Below, piece by piece: positions 10,387 through 22,928 of a DNA stretch of 64,000 nucleotides. Source of the DNA: Cyanophora paradoxa CCMP329 (Eukaryota; Plantae; Glaucophyta); contig QPMI01000138.1 in NCBI GenBank assembly GCA_004431415.1, positions 62,001 through 126,000 of the forward strand, read 5' to 3'. The notes beneath the pieces were generated by a model. It was not told the DNA's origin, searched no databases, and worked only from the letters and a program-made list of their open reading frames with translations. The first letter of the stretch is position 1. The number at the start of each line of letters is the position of its first letter. A program made the translations under genes and the position numbers.

Positions 10387-12358
10387 TAGCTCGCACGGCG
10401 TAATTTCTCGCTTCGGCTCGATCAGGGATGTACGCTAAGATATCTGATCATCGGATCGTGATTTCGAATATACTGCCGGCCGTACACTCTAATTGACTGC
10501 AATTGGATGCCTGCATAGCGATCAGGGGGCTGCAAACGAGGCTAAGGTCTACATCAAGACCGACAGCTACGAGGATGCTGGCCTCTGGGCGCCTCAAGGG
10601 ACAGGGTGGGCGGGAACGCGAAATTGCGGCTCGGGCGCCGCGCTTGTTTTGCCGCGAAAAACGGGTATGCTAGCTCAAGGCGACTTGGATCAAATTCGGA
10701 CTGTAAAATAATTGAGGCTCGACTAGCCGACTCGCTAACCTCAGTAAATCTACTTTACTACCCATTAGCTCGCACGGCGTAATTTCTCGCTTCGGCTCGA
10801 TCAGGGATGTACGCTAAGATATCTGATCATCGGATCGTGATTTCGAATATACTGCCGGCCGTACACTCTAATTGACTGCAATTGGATGCCTGCATAGCGA
10901 TCAGGGGGCTGCAAACGAGGCTAAGGTCTACATCAAGACCGACAGCGCGCTAGCTACGAGGATGCTGGCCTCTGGGCGCCTCCGATGCGATCGAAATGTA
11001 ATGAAGAGAAGCGGCATCCAATGAATGATCAAGATAGAAATGTTGTTTTGGAGTGGGGAAATGACAAGGAGATAATATCGAGAGATGTAGAGCTCGGGAC
11101 TGCCGCACCGGGGGCGACTCAAGCGTGCTGCCCGGAGCAGTATCACGCCCCCGGCGGGTCGCTAGCGGTCGGGGGAAAACCGGGCAAAACCCCTACCGCG
11201 CCCGAGATCCGGCGGCACGCCGCCGCTGCGAGGTGCTGCTGGAGGTGGCCGCGGGCTGGAGTGCAGGCCCGAGACTGGCCATGGCCGGCGCCGGCGCCCC
11301 CGCGGGGCCTGAAGCTGGCCAGATGGAGGAGCGGAGGCGGATCGGAGAATGGAGGCTGGAGGGGTGCGGATGTACTGTTGCCGATAGGGTTTTCTAGCCG
11401 TTAGCGCTTCGTTCGCACTTCGTTCGCAGTAGTACCGTGACTTGACCCGCGGCTTCTCGCGATTTCCTGAGTCACTGTACCCCTGTACGAAGATGCGACC
11501 CTAGCTACTTTTTCTGACTCTAGCTTGATACTTTCCGGTAGCCGTGATTAGCAGCTTTAATTTCTCTTGCAACGTGACAGCCTGCTCGCCTGCTGCTGGT
11601 ACGCTACGGGAAGGTTGCTAAGGTCTACTGGGACGTATAAAACCTCCTAAAACAGTACACCGTGGCACGAGGAAGGCGTCGCTTTTCCAGCGACCAAGGA
11701 GCTGAATGGCATAGGCCGGCATACCGGCTTCTGCGGCCGCCGTTGCCGCGCCGATCCGAAACGAGTGAGGCTGGAGGCGGTGAGCTGCGGGGGTACCGAC
11801 GGCAACGAGCCACGCAGCAAGGGCGGCTGAGAAAACGGAGCGATGGATGGGCCGCCGATCGGCATATGCATGGCAGAACAGGAAATCGCCCGGGCGGTGG
11901 GCGAAAGCGTCGGTGAACCGAAGAAGGGCGCAGTGTGCGCACGCGGGGTCGTCGACGTGAGGCAGGTCGACATCGACGCCACACCGAGCCTGATCAGTCT
12001 TCGAGGCTTTGAGGCGGAGGCGGGCGAAGGGCGGGGTCGCATGGGAAGGGGAGTCATGGAAGGAGAGGTCACGGCGAAGGAATAGGCGGGTGGGGTCGGC
12101 AGGAGAGCGTGTGGCGCAGATTTCGCCTGCGCGAAGGAAACCGAAGAAAGCCGTGGAGAAGGCCGTGGCAAGGAGAAGGGAGTCGTGGGGACCGTGGGGA
12201 GAAGGGAAGAACGCGAAATTGCGGCTCGGGCGCCGCGCTTGTTTTGCCGCGAAAAACGGGTATGCTAGCTCAAGGCGACTTGGATCAAATTCGGACTGTA
12301 AAATAATTGAGGCTCGACTAGCCGACTCGCTAACCTCAGTAAATCTACTTTACTACCC
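10387..12358. mobile_element. Head-to-tail pair of a TIR-less element: short deletion derivative (10387-10763) plus long copy (10766-12358)
   Basis: The two copies share ~205 bp of left end and ~150 bp of right end. Every junction is AT. Subterminal hairpin AGTAAA-TCTAC-TTTACT. Confidence 0.75.
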
Positions 12359-12733
12359 ATATATTTCGAATCTTGCGCAGTTTGCCAGAACGACGGACGT
12401 TTTCAGGACAAAAGAATTCGAATAATCTTCGCGGCCGCCGGGCCGCCGGGCACTTCACGATCCGGAGCGGGTGCTTATAAGCAGCGGCTTCGACAAAATC
12501 AGGATCACTGCTTTCGCGATCGCAATCGCTGCGTTGACTTCGAATTCACCTGCTGATGCGCCGCAGTGCTCCGTCTGCACAAGCATGCGCAGCAGCGCTA
12601 GCTATAGCTACTTGCGCAGCAGCACTAGTATGTACGCGGTTGCTAATATAAGCGCAACTGCAGCAACGACAGCTGCTGCTGCTGCTCATGAATCATGATC
12701 AGCGGGCCTGCAGCTAGCTATAGACGTCGACTG

Positions 12734-12877
12734 CAGTGTGTTTCGGTTACTTTCCGTTTCTTTTCGCTATCCGCCACTTTAGCTGTCCGTTACTTTCCGG
12801 AAACGTCCGTTATAATTATCCCGGGTCCGCCACTTTCCGTTACTTCCGTTATCTGCCACTTTCCATGCACGCCACTG
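12734..12877. repeat. Cluster of TCCGTTA/TCCGCCACTTT motifs, probable DNA-transposon subterminal remnant
   Basis: About 7 copies of the motif between CAGTG and CACTG. No TSD found. Confidence 0.4.
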
Positions 12878-13184
12878 GCCAGCTTAAACTGCTGGGAAAA
12901 ACTCGACTCACGCGACAGTCGCGCGGCTCGCGCCACGCCGTGACGTCGACGGCGCCGCGTGGCGGCGGCCACGGCCGGGCCAGCGCGCGCCGCAGCGCGC
13001 CGCTGCGCGCGCGGCGCTACCGGTACCCGCGGTGACTCACTCACTGTGACACGTCAACCTGAGTGAAGGAAAATCCGGTACGTCCGATCGGATCGAACTG
13101 GTAGTAGTAGTCTGGTACTGGCGAAGGCCGAGGGGTACCGGATCGTCGATCGGATCGATTCGATTTTAATTTGTTTTATAGAAG

Positions 13185-15080
13185 TTTTTTTTTGGTGAAT
13201 TACCGGCCACGTGCACAGTCTCTAGACACCAGCACTGCGGGGGCTGCCCAGGGGGCATAAAGACAAAAAAGCAAAATAACTAAGACAAGAGCACGAAGAA
13301 AGATAAGACAAAGAGCCAAAATCGACAATAAAAAAGGAAAGACACAGAGCTCGAGACAGATCGATAGCGAGAAGAGACGATAAATCGAGCAGATCTAGGG
13401 ACAGAGGATAACTGACACGAAGAAGAGCCAGAGCTAGAGATACCATCAATATCAGAAGGAATTACATCACTAAGAAGCGGGGGACAAAATTGAGAAAGAT
13501 AAATAACAGGAAGAAGACAAGTAAGAGGAACAACAAGACGACATGGAGGCGGAGGCGAAGCAGGACGATGCGAAAGGGCAGAGCTACGGCACGAGGTCGA
13601 GGAGGACACAGGAGGCGGAGCAGGCGGATCAACAGCAGGCAAAAGGACAGTCAAAGGAATCACTAAAGCCGGCCGGGGTCGAGGCGGGCAATCGAACTGC
13701 AAACGACGGCGAACAACAGGTCGAGCACGAGGACTATAGCTAGTATTGAAACTAACTCTAGCATCAACACTACGATCAGAATCCGAACCAGACCGAACTA
13801 AACTAGAAGACGAAGAAGTACGCCGGCGCCGGCGGGATACGATCGCGACCAGCGAAGCAGAAGACGAAGGCAAAGGCGGCAGTCCGGTATCAAGAACAAA
13901 GGCCGGAGGGTCCGGCCCGGCAAACCGCCGGGGGAAGTAGAAGGAGCCGCAGGCTCGGCAAGCCGGCGACGGGTACGACCACGAGTCCGGGAGGAGATCG
14001 GGGAAGCCGGTCCCGGAGCTGAGGGCCCAGGAGCAGAGCCAGGAGAAGGTAAGCCCGGCGAGAAATCTGACCCGGAGCCGGAACCCAGCGAACGACGACG
14101 ACGAAGAGGCCCCCGAGGAGCCACGACGGGGGAGCTACCGAGCAAAGTACTGACAGCCGGCGCCGAACACGGCGGCGGAGGTACCCCGCAGACAGTGGCA
14201 GGCGGAGAGTCCAGGGTCGATCGAGAGATCCGCCGACGGGAATGCGGCGGGGGCCGACGAGACGGAAGAGGTGAGGAGGGGGCCAAGGAAGGGTCGGAGG
14301 CAGGGGAAGGGCCGCGAGCAGGTGACGGGGATCGCTGCCGGCGCCGAAGAGAGGGCAGCGAAGCAGGAGAAAGGTCGGGTGGCGCCGGATCAGATGACAC
14401 GGAGGTCATGGCCATGGGCGGCGCAGAGAGAGACGAGCTCGAGGGCGCAAGGGCCCGACGATCGCGAGGGTGCCGGCGGCGAATCTCACGAGCGCCAGGA
14501 AGCGGGATAGGACCCGCAGATGGGACCCGAGGCGCCGAAGGGGGAGCAGGGAGCCGGAATGACGGGGAGACCGAAAAGAGGACAGTCTCGCCAACACTCG
14601 GAAGCGGGGCAGAGGCCGAGGACCCGGAGCTCGAGGGGGGGAGGGAGGGCGGAGGAGGAGAGAGAAGGCGGCTATTCGAAGGGTATGGAGAATCGAGAGC
14701 GGAGGCGAGGGAGGCCGAAGTGATGGCGAGCTCTGGAGGCGAGGGGGCCTGCAAGCGGATCCGGGAAAGTGGATGCAGACGCAAAGAGACCGGGGACGTA
14801 GAGGCGGGAGGGGCATGCAAAAAGATAGTGCCGCCCAGCGTCACAGTTGCAGAAGCGGGGGCAAGAAGGATGGGCTGAAGAGGGGGCTGAACCAGGAGGA
14901 CGTCAGAAAGAGGGCCTCGCAGGGGCGGAAGTGGAGGAGCAAGGGGAAGAGGTAAGAAGGGGTATGGAGCTGCAAGATGACCAGGGACCCGCCGGGGAAC
15001 AGGCAAGTGAAGAGGCCCCGTGACAGCAAGTTGTAAGGAGGGAGGAGGCAGAGGCGGGGCCAGAGGGCCAAGGAGCACAG
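13185..15080 (-). mobile_element. 5'-truncated LINE copy A (3' ~1.9 kb with poly-A tail)
   Basis: High-identity reverse complement of ~50810-52679, ending in ...GGCCGGTAATTCACC-polyA. No TSD seen. Confidence 0.9.
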
Positions 15081-16007
15081 ACACTCAGCTCACTGAAAGA
15101 GTCCTAGTCAAAGTCGACGTCGACGTCGCGGCCCCGGCGGCCCGGGCTAGAGCTTCGGCTCGAGCACAAAGCTCCCGGCTCGAGCCAGCTCGAGCCAGCC
15201 CCCTCCAGCCTCGAGCCGGCTCGAGCCGGGACGTCGACGTCGCGGCCCCGGCGGCCCGGGGCCCGGGCTCGCGCGCGATTGCGACGTCGCGATCGGCTCA
15301 ATCATTTGAATTTGCGAGCACGTGCACGTACCGTAGTACTACGATCGCGTCCGCAGTTGACTCCGCACGCATTTGGCGCGCACTACGACTGCGAATCCAT
15401 GTGGCATGCATTAAATTTCTTTAAAACCCAAACTGGAACCGGTTTTCGATCGATCGATTTCGATCCGCGCGCGGCTGGGCAAAATTAAAATTGCGGTTTT
15501 TAATTAAATTAACGTGCTGACATTTTGAGTTTAGTTTCACTTGGGGTAATGTGTCTGGCGTTATCGCAGTAGATTTTCGAGAATAAGCGCGGTACCTAAC
15601 TGTAAATCTGAAGTCAAAATTTAATTTGTGATTCTGATGTAATTTACGTTATGCCACACTGTGTTCTCATATGCGTTGACACAACCCTAAGGTAAGTTTT
15701 CTGACCTCAATCAAACTACCGAGGATTTTTGGCTCGGCCGACGGCCGTCCGGGGCCTCCGGGCCCGTCCCGTGAAGACTGAGTTTTTTTACGGGTGTCCG
15801 CATGCGTCATAAGTAATAATTTATAACTTAGTATGTTATAAAGATACCGCATAGTTAGCGCTAGCTACGGCCCTGCGGGCCTGCGTAAAGGGGGCAACTC
15901 GGCGGCCACGAGCACATACAAATCTATAGCTAGCATCAATTTCGCGCGCGGGGTTACGATGCTTAAGCTGAGCTCGAAGGCTCTCGAGGCCCCTTCAGCT
16001 TATATTA

Positions 16008-16038
16008 CTAGTGGCCCGGCCGCGATTTTCGCGCCGGG
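16008..16038 (-). mobile_element. Helitron-like 3' terminus (hairpin + CTAG|T)
   Basis: Minus strand reads CCCGGCGCGA-AAA-TCGCGGCCGGG-CCA-CTAG-T. A similar hairpin + CTAG lies at ~15861-15881. 5' end not identified. Confidence 0.5.
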
Positions 16039-17384
16039 GGTGCAAGGGGGGAACCGGGATCTAATGAAAGAGTCCTAGTGGCACGCACATGCGCAGAGTC
16101 CTCCCCTCGAAGCGCGCGACCCCTCGGCTCGGTCACGCGTGCTCGGCTGCGGGCAGCGGCACAGCTAGGCAGCGGCGCAAGCGGTTTTGCGGTGCAAGCT
16201 CAAGCACGAGTGCCGGGCAGCGTGCTCGGCTGCGGTCCAGGTAGTAGCTTGATGCAGTGAAAAGTAGTCCAGGCGGCAGGGGTACCGTGCGGCGTACGCG
16301 GCGCAGTGCGAGGAAGCGGAAATCTAGAGGAGACAGCTAGGGAGAATTCGAAGTGGTTCCATGCAGAACCGCGCAAGGAAGAGCCCGGAGTGAGAGAGAA
16401 GTTGGTTTTCCCCTCGAAAACCCCTTTTCGCGAGTTCGAGCTCGAGAGAGCTCTCGCGAGCTCGAACAGAAGAGAGCAGAGCTGTCGAGAACAGACGAGA
16501 AGATAGAAAGAGAGAAAACTGGTCTTCCCCCCGAAAACCGCTTTTTGCGTGGACGCCCGCAGCGACAAACACGTGTCGCAACCCAATTTCCACTCATTTT
16601 TTCCCGCGTTGCAGACTGGCCCTAGAAAACGGCCTCATACAAAATTTTTGGCTGAAGCGAGGGAACGGGAAGCAAGCTGGGAGAAGCCCTTCAATCTTCA
16701 TCCCCCCTTGCAACTATATAATTGTGGTTGCGGCTTCGTCGTTGCGGCTTCGTCGTCGTCGTATATAAAACTACTTACTTATATTGCGGCTTCGTCGTCG
16801 GGTGCGGGCGACCGGGGGGACCGGAGGAAATGCCATGATCATGATGCCGAGCCGGAGTCCGCGTTCGATCAGCCTGGAAGCCTCCGCGACGCAGCAATTC
16901 ATTCCAACTCGATTTAATATTCGGCTGTTCTAGATCCGACTAGTACTGCCTGCAGATGAAATGGAAATCGTACGCGTAAATACAAGTTTGATATCATAGT
17001 ATCGAGAAGCCTTGAAGCAATCAATAATCATTGAATCATATCGATTGCTGACCGAAAGCAGTCACAGAATTCAATGATTGAGCGTGCCCGCTGCAGCTGG
17101 CCATGGGCCGCATGCACGGCCAGATCTATAGAGGCGGGGAGCGCGTATATATCTAACCACAAAAGGTATGAAAGTACTAGCCGCGGGGGCGAAAGCGCGT
17201 ATACGTAATTATATATTATAACTATCCTAAATCTCTTAAACCCGGATGCAACTACTTGAAATATTCATCGTGCGAAACTGAACAACTGACCCGTTGCCAC
17301 GGTGCACGTGATTCCGACGCTTCTGAAGTCCGACGGTGCTGCATGGCCGCCTAGGCTCCCAAATCAAAGCTGACGACGAAGTCA

Positions 17385-20260
17385 TCAGCGCAGCGACGGT
17401 AGCATGCCTCCTTCTGCGCGCGCGGGTTCACGGGGAGACGTGGCGGGGTTAGATATTGATACCGGTGGCGGCGCAGCGCGCGATATCGATCGCGATAGCA
17501 CAATCGCAAGTGCGTGCGCACCCCGAATGACATATGCATCCGAGGGTGTGGTCGCGGCCGGGGGTAGCCAGCCGGGGTACGTATACGCAGAGCTAAGCAG
17601 GGCAGGGGTACTGGCGGAGTGGTTGAAAAAGGCCGCGCCAGCTGTCGCCGGCGCCCAGGCTGCAGCTGCGATCGCGAGCTCCTGGGAGGCCGCGCCGAAG
17701 GGGTACGTATACAAGAAGGGAACATTGGCCACGGGGAAGAAGGCCGGGGGCATCATGGATATGGGTGCAGAGTCCGAACTCTCGCCCGCGGTCGGCGGCA
17801 GAGGCGGAGGTACGGGAGCTCGAGGGTACGCGAATCCAAAGGCGGTCAGGTCGATCGAAGGGGACCGGGAGGGGTACCCCGCGGCCGTCGGATCGAGATC
17901 GAGACCTAGGGCGAGGCTGGCGGCGGAGCTGGAGGCGCGCCGGCTGCTGCTGCCGCCGCTGCCGCCCGAGGTGCACGTGGTCGCACTGTCTCGGCGGCTG
18001 TGCAGGTGCACCCACCAGGGCCCGGCGATCGGGTCCGGCTCGGGGCCGCCCCCGTACCCGAGCTCTAGATCTGCGGGCCGACCGGGGTCCTGGCCCGGGG
18101 CACTGCCCCGGCGAGAGGCGGGGGTAGCAGAGGAGGGGGGCCCGGGGCAGCCCGGCCGTGGGCCGGGCGTCGACGCCTCGCCCTCACCTCGCGATCGCTT
18201 GACCGTCGGCTCCTGCAGCTGGCTCCGTGGATCGGGAGGGAGAGCGCGGAGGGCCGCGCAAGGGTACCGGTTCTCGCGATCGGCCACCTCGACGACCCCG
18301 GCCGCGGAGGTCGACAAGCGGAAGAGGGGCAGCCTCGAACCCGAGCCCGGCTCCCGCGGATCCCAACCGGCCACCGCCGCCGCCGACGACGAGGACGACG
18401 ACGACTCTGCCGACGGTTTCTTTCGGACCCGCCGCCCCGTGGCCTGCAGCTGCCCGGATCCGGATGGCGCCGCCTGCAGCTGCGCCTCCGCACCGCCGCG
18501 GCCCGGCTGCACGAGCGTGGAGCTCGGGGCGCGGGCGATCGCGAGAGGCCGGGCGGCGCGCGCGGCGCGGCGCGGACGGGCCGAGCTCGGCCCCTGCGCG
18601 CGAGCTCCGGGTGAGCCCCGCGAAACATCAAGCCGCCGGCGGGGCGGGGCGGCCTCGCCTGCAGCTGTTCGCGATCACGAGCACCGCCCCCGGACCCGGA
18701 CCCGCGCGCCTCGGCCCCCTCCGGGTCCTGCCCGTGCCGCAGCCCCCGTCAGGCCCTCGCTCAGAACAATTTTGGGCAATTAAATAACCGAGAAACAATT
18801 TCGCAAATTTAATAAATGGACCGGCGCAGCGCACGGAATCTTCGCCCGCGTCGTCCCGCGGGGTTTTCGCGGCGCGGCCGACCGATCTGGGACCCGAGGC
18901 GGCCGCGGGGAGGCTCTCCTTTCGCGATGTCGACTTTTGCCGCCACCTGCAGAATTAAATTGTCAGAGGGTCGGGTAGAGGCCGTGGCCAGGGGCGGCGG
19001 CCGCGAGATAAGGAATTAACTCAAAAGGGCGGATTTTCTCTGGAAATTGAAAGCCGCCTATGATCATGATTCCGGCCCCGGTCCCGGCCGTTTGCGGAGC
19101 GCACGTGGGGTGCTTTCTCTTGAATTCCTTCCGGCGCCGCTCCGCCTCGACGACGTACTTCTCCTTCTCGTCCGGAGCCATCCGCTTCCTGCGGAATCGA
19201 AATGTTAATTGCATACATCACGTTCGAAATCTGTGTTTAGATAATTAACATGTAATCTCAATCTCTCTCAATACAATCTCAATATTAATGTGCACCATTC
19301 CTCGGCGAGGACGCGGGAGAGGTCCCCGTTCTTGATACCCCGGTGCCTCGCCCGCACGTCCCTCCGGTTCACTGCGCGTTCCCCGTGGCAGAGGCCGGCA
19401 CCGTGATCAGGCGGGCGCGGTTCGAGGGCGAGGGGGGTGGGAAGGTGGGGTGGGGGTGGGGGCCGGGGGGGGGGGGGGGGGGGGGGGGGCGGCCCGTGGC
19501 CAGCGGGAGCCGCGCACTGGCGCTGAAGAGGAAGAATGCGTTCTGCGGCCGCTTGAGGGGGGCCTGGCCGTGGCTCTGGCCTTGGTCCTCCGACTCGGTT
19601 GCAATCGATATCGGGGTGCCGGGCGCGGATCCGGAGGCCCGGGGCGACAAGGGCTCCGATCGCAACCGCGAGCGGGAAGTGCATCCCGCGCCAAGGGCCT
19701 CCAGCTCGGCGGGGGCCGGTCGAGACTGCAGCGCTAGCTGGGGACCGGCGTGCAAGCCGAAGGAAGGAGGGGGCGGGACCTGCAGCTGGCCATGGGGCGG
19801 CAAGCTTGAGGGGGACCCCTCGAGGTCCTTAAGCTTGCTGCTGCAGCTGGGGCCGACGCTGCCTTCGCTTTCTTCGAGGTCCTGAGCGCTCGCGATCGCT
19901 GGCGGGGCACCCCTGATTGCAATTGAAGTGAGCACACGCTCCGCACGAGCGCTAGCAGCGGCCGCGGGAGCATCGATATATATCGATATCGTGCTTCGCT
20001 CGAGGAAACCAAGTGACGGACCTGGAGCGCTGATGTTTCGGCGAGTGCATGCGCACGTGCTCATGATCATGATCATGATCAGACGCGTACGGGCGCCCCT
20101 CTAGATCTGGATTCTTGAGCTTCGGGTTGCAGTCATGATCAAGCTCGCGCTCGGGGCCGCGGTCGACCGCGAGCCCCATCTCGGTCCGCAGCCGATCACT
20201 CGAGCTCCCTGCAATTGCAAGTCCCCCAGGTCCGAGCCGTGGCTCCACTGTGGCGCACAT
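17385..20260 (-). CDS. Single HMG-box transcription factor (SOX/MATA-HMG-like), multi-exon; start codon uncertain
   Basis: Splicing at GT-AG sites reconstructs KRPQNAFFLFSAMNRRDVRARHRGIKNGDLSRVLAEEWKRMAPDEKEKYVVEAERRRKEFKRKHPTWRQKSTSRK (about 19560-18880), followed by a long low-complexity last exon (18449-17385). Confidence 0.85.
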
Positions 20261-22311
20261 GCGGTCGACAGTGCGCCGTCGACGTCGGCAAAGGTAGCGT
20301 GCCACGGTGCTGGTTGAATTCGAAGCCGATCGATGTCCCGATGCACGTGTGCTATATATCGCTACCGCCGCACGGAATCTCTAGATCTCCTTGGCTATCG
20401 ACGTCAGCCGCGCGCATGCGCAGCAGCGCGGCCGCGCTGAGCTATAGCTATCATAGTATAGCGCTAAATCGCCGCGCTAAAACGTAACGAAACTTGCCAA
20501 GTTGAGAGATCTAGATCTGAGATTGAACTTCGCCGCGGCGCGACCGGAAAGCTTAGTGCTGCAGCTGCAGCTGAAAAGCTTCAAGGCTTAGCGATGCAGC
20601 TGCAGCTGCAGCCTGCAGCTGCAGGCTGCAGCTGGCCCAGTGCACGTGGGATCATCGGATTCGCCGAGTCGGGAAAGCCCGGTAACGAGCTCGAGCACTA
20701 TAGCTATAGAGCTAACCGACGTAGTAACCGTTGAACGAGCCATGATCAGCTGCAGTAGTAACGACGTCCGACGGTCGCTCTCAATATCTAGATCTCAGGC
20801 TTAGTACTACGGTAAGCTTCGCCAAGTTCGATTGCCCGCATTGCCCAGTGCCCCGCACTGCGACATGACATGCCCAGGCCCCAGGATGATGCCCGCGGCC
20901 CTGTCCGGCGCGGCGGTGCCGCAGTGCCCGCGGCCCGCCGGGCCGGTGCCGCAGCTGCAGTGCGGCGGCACTGCGGCACTGCGGCAGTGCCCGCGCGCCG
21001 CCGCGCCGCGGCCCACTGGCCCAGTGCCACCGTGGCACGGTGGGCCAGCGGCCGGCCGCTGCCCGGTCACCGTCGACGTCGACGTCGCCGAGTCGGACTC
21101 GGTGTCAGAGGAGTCAGTGTCACGACTCAGTGATGGCCAGTGCCGCAGTACTAGTGCCGCTGACTCGGCGCTGAGTGCAGTGACCGTACGCGTCGGACCG
21201 ACTCGGACGGCCGGGCGACCGCAGCGGTGCCAGCGGCCCGCGGGCCGCGGCCGCGGCCGGGGGCCGGGGCCGGGGCGCCGGCCCCGCAGCCTAATATTAA
21301 TCTTCTCTAAGCGCAATATGACGCCTCTAAATTATGTCGTCATGAAATTCTCTAGCTTGTGTGGGGCGGTAATTCGCCGATAAATTGGGGGGATATCACT
21401 TAGCGCGCCCCACTATGACGTCCCCAAATTATGTCGTTATATATGTCACATAATATGTGACAATATGTCACGGATCTAATATAATAAAGTGCATATCTTT
21501 ATAAACAATTAGATTGTGTTTATAGTGGCTCGAGATCGACACCAGGTAGAAAGGTTTTGTTTAACTTAGCACAGGTGAAAAAAAGAGAAATCGAATGCCT
21601 GTCATATGCAAGTGGGGCAAAAAACGATGTCAAGCCTTGTTTCGAAAAAACTCGGTGACTCCATCTCAGAGCCTTCGGAGGTTTTATAGATTGGTCAGGA
21701 CTCAGGACTCAGGAGTCAGGAGTCAGGACCGTCAGGTCCGTCAGAATTAAGTTGACTCAGAACTCAGGATAATGTTTTTTCTACCGGTACCGACGTACCG
21801 TGACTGACTCAGTGACAGAGTCAGTGATCGACAAGATTAATATTTATCCATGTCATCATGGCATCACAAGTTTCACACTGTGACAACTTATTTGTATCAC
21901 AGTCTTTTTCAATATTAATATTCAGCTATAGGCTATATATAGCTAGGACTCTAGGAGTCTAGCTACAAATTGCCTACAATTAAAACCCTTGACTTGGTTA
22001 TTTACCACCTTCAAATTCTACGTACAGATTTTGTGTTAACAAATTAAAAAGCGCGTGAACGTACGTAAGTTAACGTAACCTTATAAAAGAAAATAAAAGA
22101 AAACGTGAACGTTAGGTTGATTCGCCAGACAAAGAGTTTTGTCCAATTGCAGAAGCGGGCCACCACGCATACCACAAGCGAATAAGTGCGGACCAATCGT
22201 AAGCGATTTCGCCGCTAAGCCTCAATTAAAATTGCAATTGCAAGCCGGCGGCCGATCCGGCGGCCGGCCGCGGATCCGAGGCTCGATCAGGCTGGCAGGC
22301 TGGCCATGGGC

Positions 22312-22657
22312 TAGGGGTGGGGCTCGAGCCCAAATCGCCAGCTCGAGCCGAGCTCGAGCCGGGACCCCTCGAGCCGCGAGCCGGCTCGAGCCGGCTCGAG
22401 GAGGGGGGTACGTAGTCCTTACCTTATATAATATTCGATATATATAATAAAAAAAACTATATAAAATAGCTAGCCGGCGCGCCGGCTCGCCGGCTCGCCC
22501 CTAACAAAATTCGACCCGGCTCGAGCCGGCCGCGCTGTAGCCCTCGAGCGGCTCGGCTCGCCGTGGGCTCGAGCCGACCGAGTCCGGCTCGAGCCGGTCC
22601 GCCCCCCCGGCTCGGCTCGGCTCGGCTCGAGCCGGCCCGGCTCGAGCCCCATCTCTA
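22312..22657. mobile_element. hAT-type MITE (346 bp)
   Basis: TIRs TAGGGGTGGGGCTCGAGCC / TAGAGATGGGGCTCGAGCC. Perfect 8-bp TSD CCATGGGC at 22304-22311 and 22658-22665. Dense GGCTCGAGCC subterminal repeats and an AT-rich core. Confidence 0.9.
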
Positions 22658-22718
22658 CCATGGGCCTGCCGGCTGCGGCTGGCAGACTGCACCTACAGCT
22701 ATACTGTTACTATTATTA

Positions 22719-22928
22719 CTGTAGGATGGCTTAATTGCCGTGGACTTAAATTGCCGAATTCGCCCAAAACCGGAAGTGCCGTGGCGAGAAATTGCCGAAT
22801 CCAGACGTTCGCTCTATGGCGGCCTAAGAAAATCTTTACCCCCGGCAACATTGCCGACGCTTATAATTGCCGAATTCGGCCTCTCGGCAATTTACGGCAA
22901 AATAAAGCGACGGCTAAAAAAGCCATCA
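22719..22928. mobile_element. MITE remnant with ATTGCCG subterminal repeats
   Basis: Left end TA-CTGTAGGATGGCTTAATTGCCGT; inverted ACGGCTAAAAAAGCCATC at right, with terminal bases missing. Confidence 0.45.

Noticed and set aside
11662-11916. HMH tripeptide as an HUH endonuclease motif in the tandem element
   Set aside because: No hydrophobic strand context or catalytic Tyr motif; likely chance.
17404-18783. 459-aa + strand ORF
   Set aside because: Antisense shadow of the HMG-box gene's last exon; no independent motifs.
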